From positions 1,890,902 to 1,954,901 of the forward strand of contig CM082585.2 of the NCBI GenBank assembly GCA_040954595.2: 64,000 bases of DNA, given 5' to 3'. Shown here in pieces: positions 63,764 to 64,000 of the stretch. Positions within the stretch are counted from its first letter, which is position 1. The number at the start of each line of letters is the position of its first letter. The notes under the pieces were generated by a model. It did no database searches. It was given only the letters and a program-made list of their open reading frames with translations, and was not told where the DNA came from. Position numbers and translations under genes: made by a program. The stretch comes from Balanoglossus misakiensis. Taxonomy: Eukaryota > Animalia > Hemichordata.

Positions 63764-63917
63764 TGTGATGTCCGGGGAGGGGTTATTGACAGTCGACAAC
63801 GACGGAGTTCCACAGAAGTGATGTTTATTGAATGACAACCACGCGGGAACTAACAGTTACAGGAAATCACGTATACAGACCATGTGACAATCACGTGATC
63901 ATGACAATACTATCACA
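63764..63917 (-). repeat. 5' LTR (154 bp)
   Basis: Identical to 58917-59070. Confidence 0.97.
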
Positions 63918-64000
63918 ATGATCTGATATAAACTGATGGTTCATAACTATTCACCATAGACCTGAACTTGTTTGTGACATTTACTGATGCAAATAACAAC

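Larger units (their letters stand above)
58917..63917 (-). mobile_element. Full-length Gypsy/Ty3 LTR retrotransposon (Mag-like), recent insertion
   Basis: Identical 154-bp LTRs TGTGA...TCACA, 5-bp TSD ATGAT (58912-58916, 63918-63922), PBS, purine-rich tract before the 3' LTR, and order gag-PR-RT-RH-IN. Confidence 0.97.

Overview
Eukaryotic (animal, probably marine invertebrate) heterochromatin-edge DNA with no intact host gene. 1-32.8 kb is an AT-rich ~78-bp satellite array. It has kb-scale higher-order blocks, switches strand at a fold-back palindrome (25569/25570), and is interrupted by a 3.16-kb internally deleted Academ-type DNA transposon (26500-29660, TSD ACT). 32.8-64 kb is a nest of mobile elements: a decayed Gmr1-type (integrase-before-RT) Gypsy element, a very young Mag-type Gypsy element (identical 154-bp LTRs, TSD ATGAT), TTAA/TA MITEs, a tRNA-derived SINE, and a 2-kb duplication carrying the last two exons of a sterol O-acyltransferase (SOAT) pseudogene. 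The most interesting object is a 5475-bp cut-and-paste element (41487-46961) inserted cleanly into the Gmr1 pol ORF. It has CACT termini, a 3-bp TSD, bipartite (terminal motif + spacer + inner motif) inverted ends, a spliced DDE transposase with RAG1/Transib-like motifs, and a second, convergent gene of unknown function. All family assignments come from motif recognition by eye; no database search was run.
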